This document shows positions 23,334-34,135 of a stretch of DNA of 64,000 nt, piece by piece (within the stretch, counting starts at the first letter, position 1; each line of letters starts with the position of its first letter). The notes beneath the pieces were generated by a model. It did no database searches. It saw nothing but the letters and a program-made list of their open reading frames with translations, and was not told the origin of the DNA. The position numbers were made by a program, and so were the translations under genes. The stretch lies in sequence record NC_048673.1; one strand, written 5' to 3'.

Positions 23334-24578
23334 AAAGGAGATTAAGATGGATAACGTATTGCTTGCTCTGCATGATGTTAAAGGTTTCAAGCATATTGAT
23401 CTGACTCAATTTGAGGACAAGATCGTTGTTGTTCTTGAATCTGGTGTCGAAATGGTGTATGAAAGCTATTACGATGAAGATTTTGAGGGTGATGTACATT
23501 GCTACTATGACAAAGTGACTGGTGGTGGTGTTGAATCCTTTGACTTTCAAGATGTTCTGGATTACGAGGTCTGATATGAAAAAGAAAATCATTGATGATA
23601 TCAATAGTGCAATCGATATTTTCGAAAACGAATCTCGGTTCAAAGGTACTAATGATTGTATTGGTGTGACGATTTTCTCTTTGAATGGCGGTCCTTATTT
23701 CGAACACCATACATTTGCTTTTCAGGCTTTAGTACGGGCAAGTGAAGTTTTCAATAAGTACCAGATCGCAACAGAAAACGAATTTTTTAATGTTCAAGAT
23801 GTGGATGTACGACAAGCGTACTTTGATGTAATCGTTTCTGAACTAAAATTGGCTAAAACTTTTGTAGAAAAGTACTTGATCGAATAATCACGTTATGAGA
23901 TACTATCCCTGTTGAGACTAGACACCAATTAGGAGAATGACTATGATGAATCAAATCGAAGTAATGGTTGCTGAAATGATGGCCTTCTCAGAAGAAGTAT
24001 ACTTCAACAAGGTTATCCCTGATATGAAAGAACGTTTCGATGAGGAACATGTTGAGTCTTTCGTTAGTCAAAACCTGAATCGCAATTCTTACTCCATCAT
24101 GAAAGGTCGTAAGTTTGCCCGAATCGTCCGTCACGACTTTGGACGTGAGGATACTACCGGTTCCGTTGTCTGGTTTGTTAACATGGAAAACGGTAATATC
24201 CACAAGGCAAACGGTTGGGCTTCTGCATCCAAATATGTTCGTGGTAACGTGAGCAACTGGAAAGACGCGATGCATGTTGGTTCTCGCTCCGGTATCTACG
24301 GTTTCATCGCGATTCGCTAAGAGGAAAAATTATGATTATTAGTCTGAATATGCATGAGTTTTATGAACTTTACCCGTGTTATCAAGAGTGGGTTTGTAAT
24401 GAATCCCCTTCCCAATATTCTATCAATGCGGTTTATAATCGTATGATGCATAAGAAATCTCTAAACGTTATGGAAGCTCAGGAAGTTATGGCGTTTATTG
24501 CTTGGGTTGAAAACAACTCTTGCAAAGAAGATCTGGAAATCCTCAAATCAACTATCCAATATATGAAAGGTGTATTAA

Positions 24579-24995
24579 ATGCTGCTTGAACAAATTAAGA
24601 AAGACCAAATTAAAGCGCGTAAATCGTTCTCTCGTTCTACCGAAGTAGGACAGATGCATATCAAGGCTCTCACCACTCTTCTCGGTGAGGCAAGTCCATC
24701 TGGAAACGCCACAGTAACCGATGAACAAGTACAAGCCGTTGTAAGTAAGTTTGTAAAGAACATCGATGATACTATCAAAGAGGTTGGACCAACAGAACTA
24801 CTCCTAAAAGAAAGGGCTCTTTATACTTCGTATCTTCCCCAAGTATTCGGAGAAGATGAAATCAAAGAAGTACTCAATAAACTAGTGGATGGTTCTACCA
24901 TTGGTCAAGTGATGGGTGCATGTAAGAAAGCTGCGGCGGCTAAAGGTCTTTTGTTTGATGGTAACCTTGTTAAAAAAGTACTTAATATCAAATGA
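24579..24995 (+). CDS. GatB/YqeY-domain protein
   Basis: LLEQIKKDQIKARK...LTTLLGE...YLPQ..EDEI...IGQVMG pattern of YqeY. Confidence 0.8.
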   Translation: MLLEQIKKDQIKARKSFSRSTEVGQMHIKALTTLLGEASPSGNATVTDEQVQAVVSKFVKNIDDTIKEVGPTELLLKERALYTSYLPQVFGEDEIKEVLNKLVDGSTIGQVMGACKKAAAAKGLLFDGNLVKKVLNIK

Positions 24996-25000
24996 AATCA

Positions 25001-25161
25001 AATTATAGATCTCCTATAAGTATTTATATAGAAGATCTATAATTAGAACGAGTGAAACGAGTACGGCGTAGCCGGTTCGCTAAAGCTCACCAATCTTTCT
25101 AGAATCAATTCCTCGTTATCTCATACAATGTTATGTATTCTCCATAGGAATTGATTCTAGA
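25001..25161. repeat. Intergenic double inverted-repeat element; core shared with 55136..55170
   Basis: 18-bp IR (1 mismatch) at 25001-25044 and perfect 16-bp IR TCTAGAATCAATTCCT / AGGAATTGATTCTAGA at 25098-25113 / 25146-25161. Confidence 0.85.
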
Positions 25162-25618
25162 CACCATACACGAGGTTTAATCATGGTTTCTATAGAGAGT
25201 TTCGTAAACATTAAGAAAAGTGAAGGCTATAAGGAAGTAATACCGTTTGTGTCTGGTTATACAAGCCTTCAATTAAAGGTTAAAGACTGGGTATATTCCT
25301 TTCATGTGAATCACGATACCAAAGACGTCGAATATCGTGTTGTTACCCCATATGAAACCAAAGGGTTTATCATTTATAATTTGGATCATGTACTGGTTCG
25401 AGACGGAAAATTTTTTCGGGTGGGTGAATGAGATATCAACCATACGATGAGGATGAAGGCCCTAGGCTGATGGATACTCACGACCGTTATGGCAATAAAA
25501 GAGATATACCAGAAGAAATGTATCACCCGGAATCAATGATGACCACTCCCACCGGTTGGTTTATTAAAATATTGGGTCTTGGTATTGTCTTGTTTTTAAT
25601 TTTTAATATGGTGAAATA

Positions 25619-26023
25619 ATGAAAAAGAATTTAACTACAAAGGAGCTTGTCAAGTCTGGTGCGGTTGTTGTTGGTAACTTTGATGGTATCAACCTTAACG
25701 AAACTGGTGATGTAACGAAAGAGGGGTTTTACTTCATTTCTGCCCCCGCTAGTTCTGTTGTTTATATGACTCATGTTGGAAATCAACAGCGAAAACGTGG
25801 TTTTGGTGAAACCATGATCCGACTTCGAAAACCACGTACCGGACAGGCTAAAGATGTTCATGATTATCTGATGACAGGAAAAACCGTAAAACTATATTTC
25901 CTTAAATATAGCCAAGCCCGACACCTCCTTGGGATTGAAGAATACGGACAGATGAATAATGGTCATGAGTTGACTGGCAAGATCCGAAACAAATTTATCA
26001 TCCATGGTCGAATGGTAAGTTAG
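25619..26023 (+). CDS. ndd: Nucleoid disruption protein
   Basis: GAVVVG, GFYF and VGNQQRKRGF match recalled T4 Ndd; sits upstream of gene 52 as in T4. Confidence 0.8.
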   Translation: MKKNLTTKELVKSGAVVVGNFDGINLNETGDVTKEGFYFISAPASSVVYMTHVGNQQRKRGFGETMIRLRKPRTGQAKDVHDYLMTGKTVKLYFLKYSQARHLLGIEEYGQMNNGHELTGKIRNKFIIHGRMVS

Positions 26024-26106
26024 AACAAAGCCCGTCTTTTGATGGGCTTTACAGTTTATATTCATATGTGGTATGATACATAAAATAAATTAAAATAAGG
26101 AATGAT

Positions 26107-27453
26107 ATGAAATTCGTAGATCGTACTATTTCAAGTTATATTCATAATGAAGCAAAAGAATATACATTTTATACCATCGTCAACCGGGCATTACCTTCCA
26201 TGGTAGATGGGTTCAAACCATCTCAGCGTTTTGTTTTGTACTCCACAATCAAAAACGCAAGTAAGGACTTCAAGAAATCCGCATTTCTTTGTGGTGTTAT
26301 CTCCGACTATGGATATCCCCATGGCGAAGCGAGCGGGTATGCTGTTCTTGCTGGCATGGCAACTGAATACGCAAACAACTTCCCAGTTATCAAGGGTCGC
26401 GGTAACTTTGGTTCACGACAGAACCCAGCCGCAGCAGAACCACGTTATATCTTCGGTAAGTTGGATGATAATTTTGACCTACTTTTTAAAGATTTGGATC
26501 TAGTTTTACCAAGTGAGATAGATTCTTATTCTATTCCAAAATTTTATCTTCCCGTTATTCCGTTTGTTCTGATCAATGGGGTTCATGGTGTTGCAACTGG
26601 TTACGCGACTCATATCCTACCACATGACATTCACAGCGTTATTGATGAGTGTATTTCTTATGTTAAGACTGGTAAATGTAAAGATCCAGAAATCAAGTTC
26701 CCTTCTTTTATTGGGAACGTTAATACATCAGGTGAACAATGGACAAACGAAGGGGTTTATGAACTTCAAGGTAAAACCAAGCTTTTGATCACAGAAATTC
26801 CAGTTAGTTTCAATCGAATAAAATATGTGGCGATTTTGAATAATCTCATTGAAAAAGATCAGATTGTTAGTTATGATGAGATTGAAGGTGATGGTGATTT
26901 TACATTCCGAGTCACTTTGAAACGTGATTTTGATACTTCTCATGAAAATATCATGAAACAGTTCTCTCTATCTGAGAATATCTATCAGAATATCAACGTA
27001 ATCGGTCCAAACTCCAACATGGTTACGGGGGATATGGACCTGAGAAAATACGACAATACTAGTCAACTTGTGTGTGAATTTGTTGATTATCGCATGACAG
27101 TTGTTGACCGTCGCATTGAAAATATGATTGAAAATCTGACTATTCTTATCCCGGAATTGAAAGCGAAGGCAGAATTTATTCGTCTGGCTCGTGATGGGAA
27201 AATCGGTTATAATCAACCGAAGAAATCTATGATCCAACAAGTTAAAACTCTTCTGGACCCAGAGCTTTCGGTTTATGCTGATAAGGTGGTTGGTCTTCCA
27301 ATCTTTAACATGACAGAAGACGAAGTAGAAAAGCTGGTTAAAGAATATGAACAAGCAGAAAAAGATCTAGCTTATTGGAAAAGTACAAACTCCAAAAAAG
27401 AATATCTGAAAGATTTGACTACTTTGAAAAATAAATTGAAGGATAGTAAATAA
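26107..27453 (+). CDS. 52: DNA topoisomerase II medium subunit (GyrA/ParC-like)
   Basis: RALPSMVDGFKPSQR, YPHGEAS, GRGNFGS, catalytic AAAEPRY. Confidence 0.97.
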   Translation: MKFVDRTISSYIHNEAKEYTFYTIVNRALPSMVDGFKPSQRFVLYSTIKNASKDFKKSAFLCGVISDYGYPHGEASGYAVLAGMATEYANNFPVIKGRGNFGSRQNPAAAEPRYIFGKLDDNFDLLFKDLDLVLPSEIDSYSIPKFYLPVIPFVLINGVHGVATGYATHILPHDIHSVIDECISYVKTGKCKDPEIKFPSFIGNVNTSGEQWTNEGVYELQGKTKLLITEIPVSFNRIKYVAILNNLIEKDQIVSYDEIEGDGDFTFRVTLKRDFDTSHENIMKQFSLSENIYQNINVIGPNSNMVTGDMDLRKYDNTSQLVCEFVDYRMTVVDRRIENMIENLTILIPELKAKAEFIRLARDGKIGYNQPKKSMIQQVKTLLDPELSVYADKVVGLPIFNMTEDEVEKLVKEYEQAEKDLAYWKSTNSKKEYLKDLTTLKNKLKDSK

Positions 27454-27454
27454 A

Positions 27455-27883
27455 ATGTCTATAGAAATAAACATTATGAGACAGGCAGAAACAGAAACAA
27501 ACGGGATGTTACCTGCGTTTATCCCATCTTGTATGGGGGCATTGGTGGCAAGTGTACTTGTTGGTTGTGGGTTTGTGTCGGATGTCAATCTATACATACT
27601 GCTATGTGCCATATTTTATGTTCTCCTTGATATTGTGTTCATGGTAGTTGTATGGATTAAGCGCCCCAATTATGGCAAAGAGTTTAAACATCCATTATCT
27701 ATGTGTATGCTATACTCATTTTGCGATAATAACGTTGGGAAATATATTCATATTTATAAAAATACACCAAACTTTAATCTACGAATTACTATTGCAGGAA
27801 TAGTAATATACTTTTGTGATTTTGTATTTTATCTTGGTTTATTTGGTGTTCCTGTAATGGTATCATCTTGGTTGTTCCTCTAA
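27455..27883 (+). CDS. Membrane protein (about 3 TM), paralogue of next gene
   Basis: Hydrophobic segments; loop YGKEFKHPLSMCMLY. Confidence 0.65.
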   Translation: MSIEINIMRQAETETNGMLPAFIPSCMGALVASVLVGCGFVSDVNLYILLCAIFYVLLDIVFMVVVWIKRPNYGKEFKHPLSMCMLYSFCDNNVGKYIHIYKNTPNFNLRITIAGIVIYFCDFVFYLGLFGVPVMVSSWLFL

Positions 27884-27910
27884 ATATAGTTTTGTAAAAA
27901 GGAAAATGAA

Positions 27911-28360
27911 ATGTCTATTGAAACTCGTGTAACAAAAGTAAAACAACGTATTCATGAAGAAACCCAACGGGTTAAATCGAATGCAATTGTTACTTGGGGC
28001 CTGTTCTTCATGGCAGCAGCCCTTGCATCAATCCCCGCATCCACTATGTATGGTCCTATTATCGTTGGCGCTATCGTCATGGTGATGTTCCAATATCTTA
28101 CCATGATATCTTATGCTAAAGAACGGGTAGGTTATCTTGGTAAAGCATATGCTAACCCAATGACATTAATCTATATCGAGAGTGGTATTGATGGGGTTAA
28201 AGATCTGGAAGAGTCTATTCGGAAGTGGGAAGCAATGACCGACAATGAGCGTGAATCTGCTAACAAACGGATCAATGTAATCACTGTTGGGGTTCTTTTG
28301 GCTCTTATTTCTGCTGTTTCTGGATTCTTCTGTGGTCTTTTCTGGATTCTTCCAGTATAA
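27911..28360 (+). CDS. Membrane protein (about 3 TM)
   Basis: Hydrophobic segments; loop YLGKAYANPMTLIY; CTAAATA at 27880. Confidence 0.65.
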   Translation: MSIETRVTKVKQRIHEETQRVKSNAIVTWGLFFMAAALASIPASTMYGPIIVGAIVMVMFQYLTMISYAKERVGYLGKAYANPMTLIYIESGIDGVKDLEESIRKWEAMTDNERESANKRINVITVGVLLALISAVSGFFCGLFWILPV

Positions 28361-28791
28361 ACCACTTGCAAACATGTATTGGTTATGAGACTATAACCAC
28401 ATCAAAGGGGGTTCGCCCCCTTCATAACATAAGGGATAGAAAATGAATCCAGTAGCTAAACATAATTTCAATCGCCCTTCTGTTATGAAGGACAAGAAAG
28501 AGAATTCCAAGAAAATTCGTGGTAAAAAGCATAAGAAATCAGAGGGTTGGTGATTATGATTGATATGACATTATTTGGTGGTGGGGTAGTGTCTGGTCTT
28601 ACAAAAGATGGAAAACCTACCCATATCAACCTTAAAGACCATTCAATGGAAACGGTCAAACTGTCTATCCAAAAAGATGCGTTTGGGTATGAAGTAAGTA
28701 TTATTATTTTTCCATGTGGTAGTACTGCAAGATTTATTGGTGATGTTCGAAATCGAACTGATGTGATCCTAAGAGACAAAGATTATAAAAT

Positions 28792-29064
28792 ATGAAAATT
28801 ACAAAAGTTGAATTGATGAAAGATATTGTAGCTACCGCATCTATCTTGGCAAAATATGGCTGTGATGACATTCTAGATACTCAATCTGGGTTTGTAGATT
28901 TTCTAAATGAACTAGGGTTTACTACCGTGCGAGGTAAACCATTAACGATTTTTAATTTCAGAGTTATGGTTAGTAGTCTAACCCCATATCAGAAAAAAGA
29001 GATTATAAAAGAATTTGATGCTGGTAGAATTGATCATTTGATTAACTGTATGGTTGACGAATAA
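28792..29064 (+). CDS. asiA: Anti-sigma70 factor
   Basis: 90 aa; IVATASILAKY..DDI....FVDFLNELG...FR..V..LT...KK.II.EF aligns with recalled T4 AsiA. Confidence 0.9.
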   Translation: MKITKVELMKDIVATASILAKYGCDDILDTQSGFVDFLNELGFTTVRGKPLTIFNFRVMVSSLTPYQKKEIIKEFDAGRIDHLINCMVDE

Positions 29065-29091
29065 AAAAGGGATCCTGTGAGGATCCCTTTT
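29063..29091 (+). terminator. Intrinsic terminator, GGGATCC family
   Basis: AAAAAAGGGATCC-TGTGA-GGATCCCTTTT. Confidence 0.85.
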
Positions 29092-29549
29092 GTTTTATTT
29101 AAACTGATAATATATATCATCAGTTGCTCATTTATATTTAGGGTACTAAAATGTATACACCACCTTTTAAGAGTTTTAACATTCCTGTTATAATTGATAA
29201 TTTGGTTCTCGACCTCCCAGTAAACGAACACAAATATGACAAATTTGCTGTAACTGTAAACAATGATGGTCTGGTTGAACTTTGGCCCGAATCTTGCGTT
29301 TGTGTTGGTATTGTTTACAGTAAACAGTGTGGTTTCTATGTATGTGATGATTACAAAGGGTTTTGTTACGACAGTGAGATCCCAGTGGGTCGTGTTGACC
29401 ATGAAGATCCCAGTTCACTGGGATATCTAAATTGCATTTGGTTGTTTGAACGTCCAGATGATGGGGTAATAAATTTTATTTCTAAAAACATATTGACACC
29501 AGACGACGAAAGTGTAGAATAAGGGTCGTAACGTTGATGGAGAGAAGAT

Positions 29550-29888
29550 ATGACAACTATTCACTGCAAACCAGATTATGTTGAGTTCTACCATGGCTCC
29601 TGTACTCTTGGTTTAAAAGGTAATATGTTGCTTCCTCCTGAGATGACTGATACAATTTCAGAGAAAGGTCGTAAGAAAAACTTAGACCGTGTGTTCTTTA
29701 CTAAAGACCGTGGATTGGCTAAAGTATATGCACGACGGGCGGCTCGCTCGATTGGCGGAGAGCCAACTTTGTTTCGTGTTGTGGCCCCAGTTGACACCGT
29801 ATTTATGAGTGAAACCCCCGGTGCTACCGTTTATCATGCCGCTTGGGCTTTTGTTGAACAAATCCCATTCGGTAAACTTAGTGATTAA
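29550..29888 (+). CDS. Arr-like (rifampin ADP-ribosyltransferase-fold) mono-ADP-ribosyltransferase
   Basis: FYHGS...LLPP...RVFFT...AKVYA...LFRV layout of the Arr family. Confidence 0.65.
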   Translation: MTTIHCKPDYVEFYHGSCTLGLKGNMLLPPEMTDTISEKGRKKNLDRVFFTKDRGLAKVYARRAARSIGGEPTLFRVVAPVDTVFMSETPGATVYHAAWAFVEQIPFGKLSD

Positions 29889-32542
29889 GAGGAAATTATT
29901 ATGAAATTTGGACTTGATGAAGCTAACCTTGTTGTGAATCACCTGTTGCTTGACCAATCCGATGAAATTTTGGAAAAGATCCGGGACACTCGAAAGGGTG
30001 ATATCAAGGATGAACCTTTCAAACTGACTGTCTTGATCAACGGCATCGAGATCGAACATGTTGAATCTTACGAAAACTTCATGAAATACCAGTATGAAGT
30101 TATGGAAAATCGGGTTAAAAAACAATACAACGTTGAGGCGTTTGACCAACGGGTACGAGAAGCAGCGGAACAACTTATCAAATCCAAGTTTGGTGATTTG
30201 ATGAACAAAATGTATGATTTTGAAAATTCAGTTGATTTTTGCAACGACGTAATTCAAAAAGAATGGGGTATGTAATGAAAAAACTTTATGTAGAAAAACG
30301 AGTCACGAAAGACGTTGAAGGGATTGTGATTGAAGAGGGTAGCGGATTCAACTATAAATCAAAGCGTTTGGTCGTCTCCGTTATTAACAAAAATAATGGT
30401 GTTGTATCACAACTTATTGCGTGTATTACAGGATTAACTATTATTTTAGACCATTTTAATCTGAGTGGTGGTGTCCGTGTTACTGAGTATCATTCAGGGG
30501 GTACTGTTACTTATGAAACTGATGTATCTGAGTTTGGAATGACTCTGAACGGTAATCTGTTTACAATCAAAAAAGAGAAAGTATCAGAATTTCGGGAACT
30601 GGAAGTTGGTGATATGCTCACTATTGGTCTTCGCCGAAACAAAAACCCGAAAGACATTTCTGTATCGTTTATCGGTCACGATGGTTCCGCAATTGCAACC
30701 GATTGCAATGGTAAATCATACTTCATCAACCGGAACGACCGAGATCAACTAAAATCACTGAAACTGAAACTGATGTAATAAAAAGTGTTTGACATAGCCA
30801 ACCACACTCTGGTATTCTCTATCTCGTAAACAACAACGAGGAAATGACTATGAAAGAAGGTAGCAACGTACAGATCAATAGCAATGTGATGAATGACGAA
30901 AGTCAACGTCATTTGTTTGGTATGGTAGGTGTGGTTTCATACTACAATCCAGAGGTTTGGGTTGAGGTTACTTGGCCCAATGGTACTATCAGCGCATATG
31001 AAGAGAATGAACTGATCTGCATCGACAAAGAAGAGAAGAAACCATTACCGGAAGTAGTACAACCAGAATCTGGATATGATGTTTCTTTTGTTGAAAAAGT
31101 AATCGAGAAAATCAATGATTATCATCGGGACTACCTTGAGCGTCATCCCAACGATTGGGACTGTTGTGGATTTTCCTCTGTGTATGTTGAATTTGGAAGA
31201 AAGAAAAAAGTAAAAGACCTTGTTTTGGGTCTCGGGTTTGACATTGCGTATAAATCAGGTAAAGAATCTTTCTTGGAACCAAAATTTAGAATTCCGTATT
31301 GTGGTCATCAGTCGTTGACCTACAAAGAGGAAATCATGCAGATTATTTGTGACGAAATTAATAATGTGGTTGGTGAAAAAGTTGCATACCGCAGCTCTTA
31401 CATGGACTAATAAAAGGAAAAATAATGAAAGCATTTGTTTATAAATTCAAAAATCTGAAAGAGCGGAAAGAATTTATCGGTCTAGCCAAAATTAATGATT
31501 GGATTGTTTCTAATTATCTGGTTGATTATCGTCTGACAGTTAACCAAGATAGCTTGAACAGACTTAACAGCGATGGTTATATTAGCCGTTTTATTGTTAA
31601 TGGTGTATTGAAGGTGGACGAATTCAACACTATTGACAGTGACGAATTTTATAAATATTTCGTACTCGATAAAGAGATTGAAATTGAAGATCTTCCGAAG
31701 CCTCGTCAGATTAGTGACGAAGAACTAATGGGGGCGGTGACTAAGGAAATCCTTCTTGATAATAGTCTTCCAACCCGGTCTAAATTTGGTGAGATTAAAC
31801 CCGCATCTTTTGGGGATGTAACTAAACCCTTGAAGAAAAAAGACGAAGGTCTTAACATAACAGGTAACCTAAAAATTGGAAATTGTCAGTTAGCACCACT
31901 AGATCAAGCAATTTTCAATCTAGTTAACACACAAGGTAAACTTTCTCAAGATATGGAAATCAAAATTTCCATTAAAAATGGTAAGGTGACATTCAGTGTA
32001 TCCAAATGATCAATATCCACGTATGAACTTTGATACCATTTACCGTTTTCGGTCTACCGAAGCGGCTCAAGAATATCGTACTAGTTGCGAACGTAATTTT
32101 TATAATTATGAAATTCTTAAGAATGGATTCATCGTGTTTCATATCGACGACGATGAAAATGTAATTGCGGTTTGTGATATTGAAGATAAGGAAAAGAAAA
32201 ATCCAATCTATATCAATGACGGAACCGTTTTTATTAACCAAAAAGAGAGTTTTCTTTTTATTCCGTGTCGGTGTTAAATATGACAGTTAAAGAATTGAAG
32301 GATAAAGCCCGGTCTTTCGGGCTTGCTGCTGAAATTATTTTGAACAATGCAAAATATCGCGGATTCAACGATTGGATGTATGATTTCGTAACCCTTGACG
32401 AATCTCGTGGGATTACAGAAACAAACGTAGTTAAATTTTATTTTGTTAGCGGTGTTCATACCATTTCCCACCCAGTCAATATGGTTGTCTTGGGTCATTC
32501 ACCAGAAAAAGTTATTGGTGAATTTCATAAGGAGGTTATCGA

Positions 32543-33202
32543 ATGACCATAAAATGGAGGGATTACGAATTATCTTTATGTGAAAGAAAAGAAATAAAGG
32601 AATTCGTAGAAGCTCATCATTACTCTCATAATATCAATGGTCTAAAAACATCATATTGTTTTCGGATTGATGATAAAAATGGAAAATTGGTTGGGTCTGT
32701 TATATTTGGACAACTTAGTACAACTGCATGGAAAAAGTTTTCTGATAAAGAGGATGATGTATTAGAATTACGGAGACTAGTGCTGTTGGACGAGCTACCT
32801 CATAATTCCGAATCGTGGGTCATTGGTTCTTGTCTGAGAATATTGAAAAAATTAAAAACTCATAAAGTTGTAATTAGTTATGCAGATCCGTTTCATGACC
32901 ATGTTGGTATTATATATCAAGCAACAAACTGGATATATGTGGGTGAAACGCCTAAAGATAAACTACTAAAAACACCAGATGGTAAGTTGTATCACAGTAG
33001 GGCATTGAGAACAAAATATAAAGGTATGTTGAAACCTTTTGCACAAAGACTACAATATATGAAAAATAATGGTCTTCTAGAAGAAGTAGTAGTACCGGGA
33101 AAACATAGTTATGTTTATCCGTTAGTTCATATTAAAAAACTTGATAAAGTTAACCAGATGGAACAAAAACAATATCCAAAGCAAAGAGATATAGAAAAAT
33201 GA
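32543..33202 (+). CDS. mom: Mom-family (GNAT-like) DNA adenine modification enzyme
   Basis: HHYS, LELRRL, NSESWVI, ISYAD..H.G.IYQATNW.YVG are Mom-family motifs. Confidence 0.8.
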   Translation: MTIKWRDYELSLCERKEIKEFVEAHHYSHNINGLKTSYCFRIDDKNGKLVGSVIFGQLSTTAWKKFSDKEDDVLELRRLVLLDELPHNSESWVIGSCLRILKKLKTHKVVISYADPFHDHVGIIYQATNWIYVGETPKDKLLKTPDGKLYHSRALRTKYKGMLKPFAQRLQYMKNNGLLEEVVVPGKHSYVYPLVHIKKLDKVNQMEQKQYPKQRDIEK

Positions 33203-33693
33203 AAATTCGTTATGTTAAAGGCGATATGATCGCCATGATGAAAGACCCAGAAGTATTGAAGATTCCAACTTTGTTCGTTCATGGGTGTAATTGTCATACC
33301 GCAATGGGCTCTGGTATTGCTGCTGGTATTGCCATGAACTTCCCAGATGCGCCTATTGTAGACGCACATTTCCAACGGCTGTTTAAGACAAACGGTCAAG
33401 TGGATATTGGAATGTTGGGTCAATATAGCTGGACTCCCTTAGATTATGACTCTCGATTGATTAACCTATACACACAATATTTCCCCGGTCGAGATCTTCG
33501 TTTGGATGCATTAGAGAATGGTTTCGTCCACTTAGCGGAAGATTTTGGATATGAAGGGTATCGACTTATATTCCCAAAGATTGGGGCTGGTGTTGCCGGT
33601 GGAGATTGGGATGTTATCTCACAAGTAATTGAAAATTGTTTTGACGAAGACGATTTCGAAGAATTGATTTGTGTCGAATGGGATAAAAAGTAA
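33199..33693 (+). CDS. Macrodomain ADP-ribose-binding/hydrolase protein (T4 Tk.4-like)
   Basis: KGD, HGCNC...MGSGIA, INLYTQ, FPKIGAGVAGGDW. Confidence 0.92.
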   Translation: MKIRYVKGDMIAMMKDPEVLKIPTLFVHGCNCHTAMGSGIAAGIAMNFPDAPIVDAHFQRLFKTNGQVDIGMLGQYSWTPLDYDSRLINLYTQYFPGRDLRLDALENGFVHLAEDFGYEGYRLIFPKIGAGVAGGDWDVISQVIENCFDEDDFEELICVEWDKK

Positions 33694-33717
33694 TCATTAT
33701 CTCCCAAAGGCTCTAAC

Positions 33718-33724
33718 CTAAATA
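33718..33724 (+). promoter_or_regulatory. Late promoter CTAAATA at the tip of a hairpin
   Basis: AAGGCTCTAACCT-AAATA-AGGTTGGAGCCTT upstream of the spanins. Confidence 0.65.
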
Positions 33725-33757
33725 AGGTTGGAGCCTTTTTATTTGGAGATATTAATA

Positions 33758-34135
33758 ATGGTAAGATACAAGGCAATTATATTTGGGATTCTTCTTATTT
33801 TGGTTGGTGGGTCTACTTGGTATATGTTCAACAAGATCGAATCACAGGCAATAACAATCGGAGAGATGACCCAACAACTAGAAACAATGACATCCAAATT
33901 ATCCGCCATGGAATTGAGTATAAGCGATTTCAAACAACAGTCCAGCGAGTATAGTCAGACGGAAGAGAAATCGAATAGAGAGCTTTCTAAGCGCATTGGT
34001 ACGCTGGAATCTAATGCTAGTCGCGGTAAGGATGCAATAGACAAGAAACCTAAGCTAGTAGAGAAGATAATCCAGAATGATTATGAAGAGTTTGGAAGCA
34101 GAATGGATTGCCTTACTCTGGGGGAATGTAAATGA
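33758..34135 (+). CDS. Inner-membrane spanin (Rz-like; T4 pseT.3 equivalent)
   Basis: N-terminal TM plus long coiled coil; 4-nt overlap with a lipoprotein gene. Confidence 0.8.
   Translation: MVRYKAIIFGILLILVGGSTWYMFNKIESQAITIGEMTQQLETMTSKLSAMELSISDFKQQSSEYSQTEEKSNRELSKRIGTLESNASRGKDAIDKKPKLVEKIIQNDYEEFGSRMDCLTLGECK

Larger units (their letters stand above)
6..25619 (+). other. Hypervariable early region: dense array of dozens of short co-oriented hypothetical ORFs in promoter-led blocks
   Basis: Abutting + strand ORFs, mostly 60-240 aa, with AGGA/GAGG RBSs, punctuated by TTGACN-17-TATAAT-like promoters. Confidence 0.9.

Noticed and set aside
26107-27453. Intron or homing endonuclease in or near gene 52
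   Set aside because: ORF is continuous at the expected length (448 aa); no HNH or GIY-YIG motif recognised in the window
29135-29141. Minus-strand CTAAATA pointing into asiA (antisense control)
   Set aside because: A single 7-mer in AT-rich DNA can arise by chance; no supporting downstream feature
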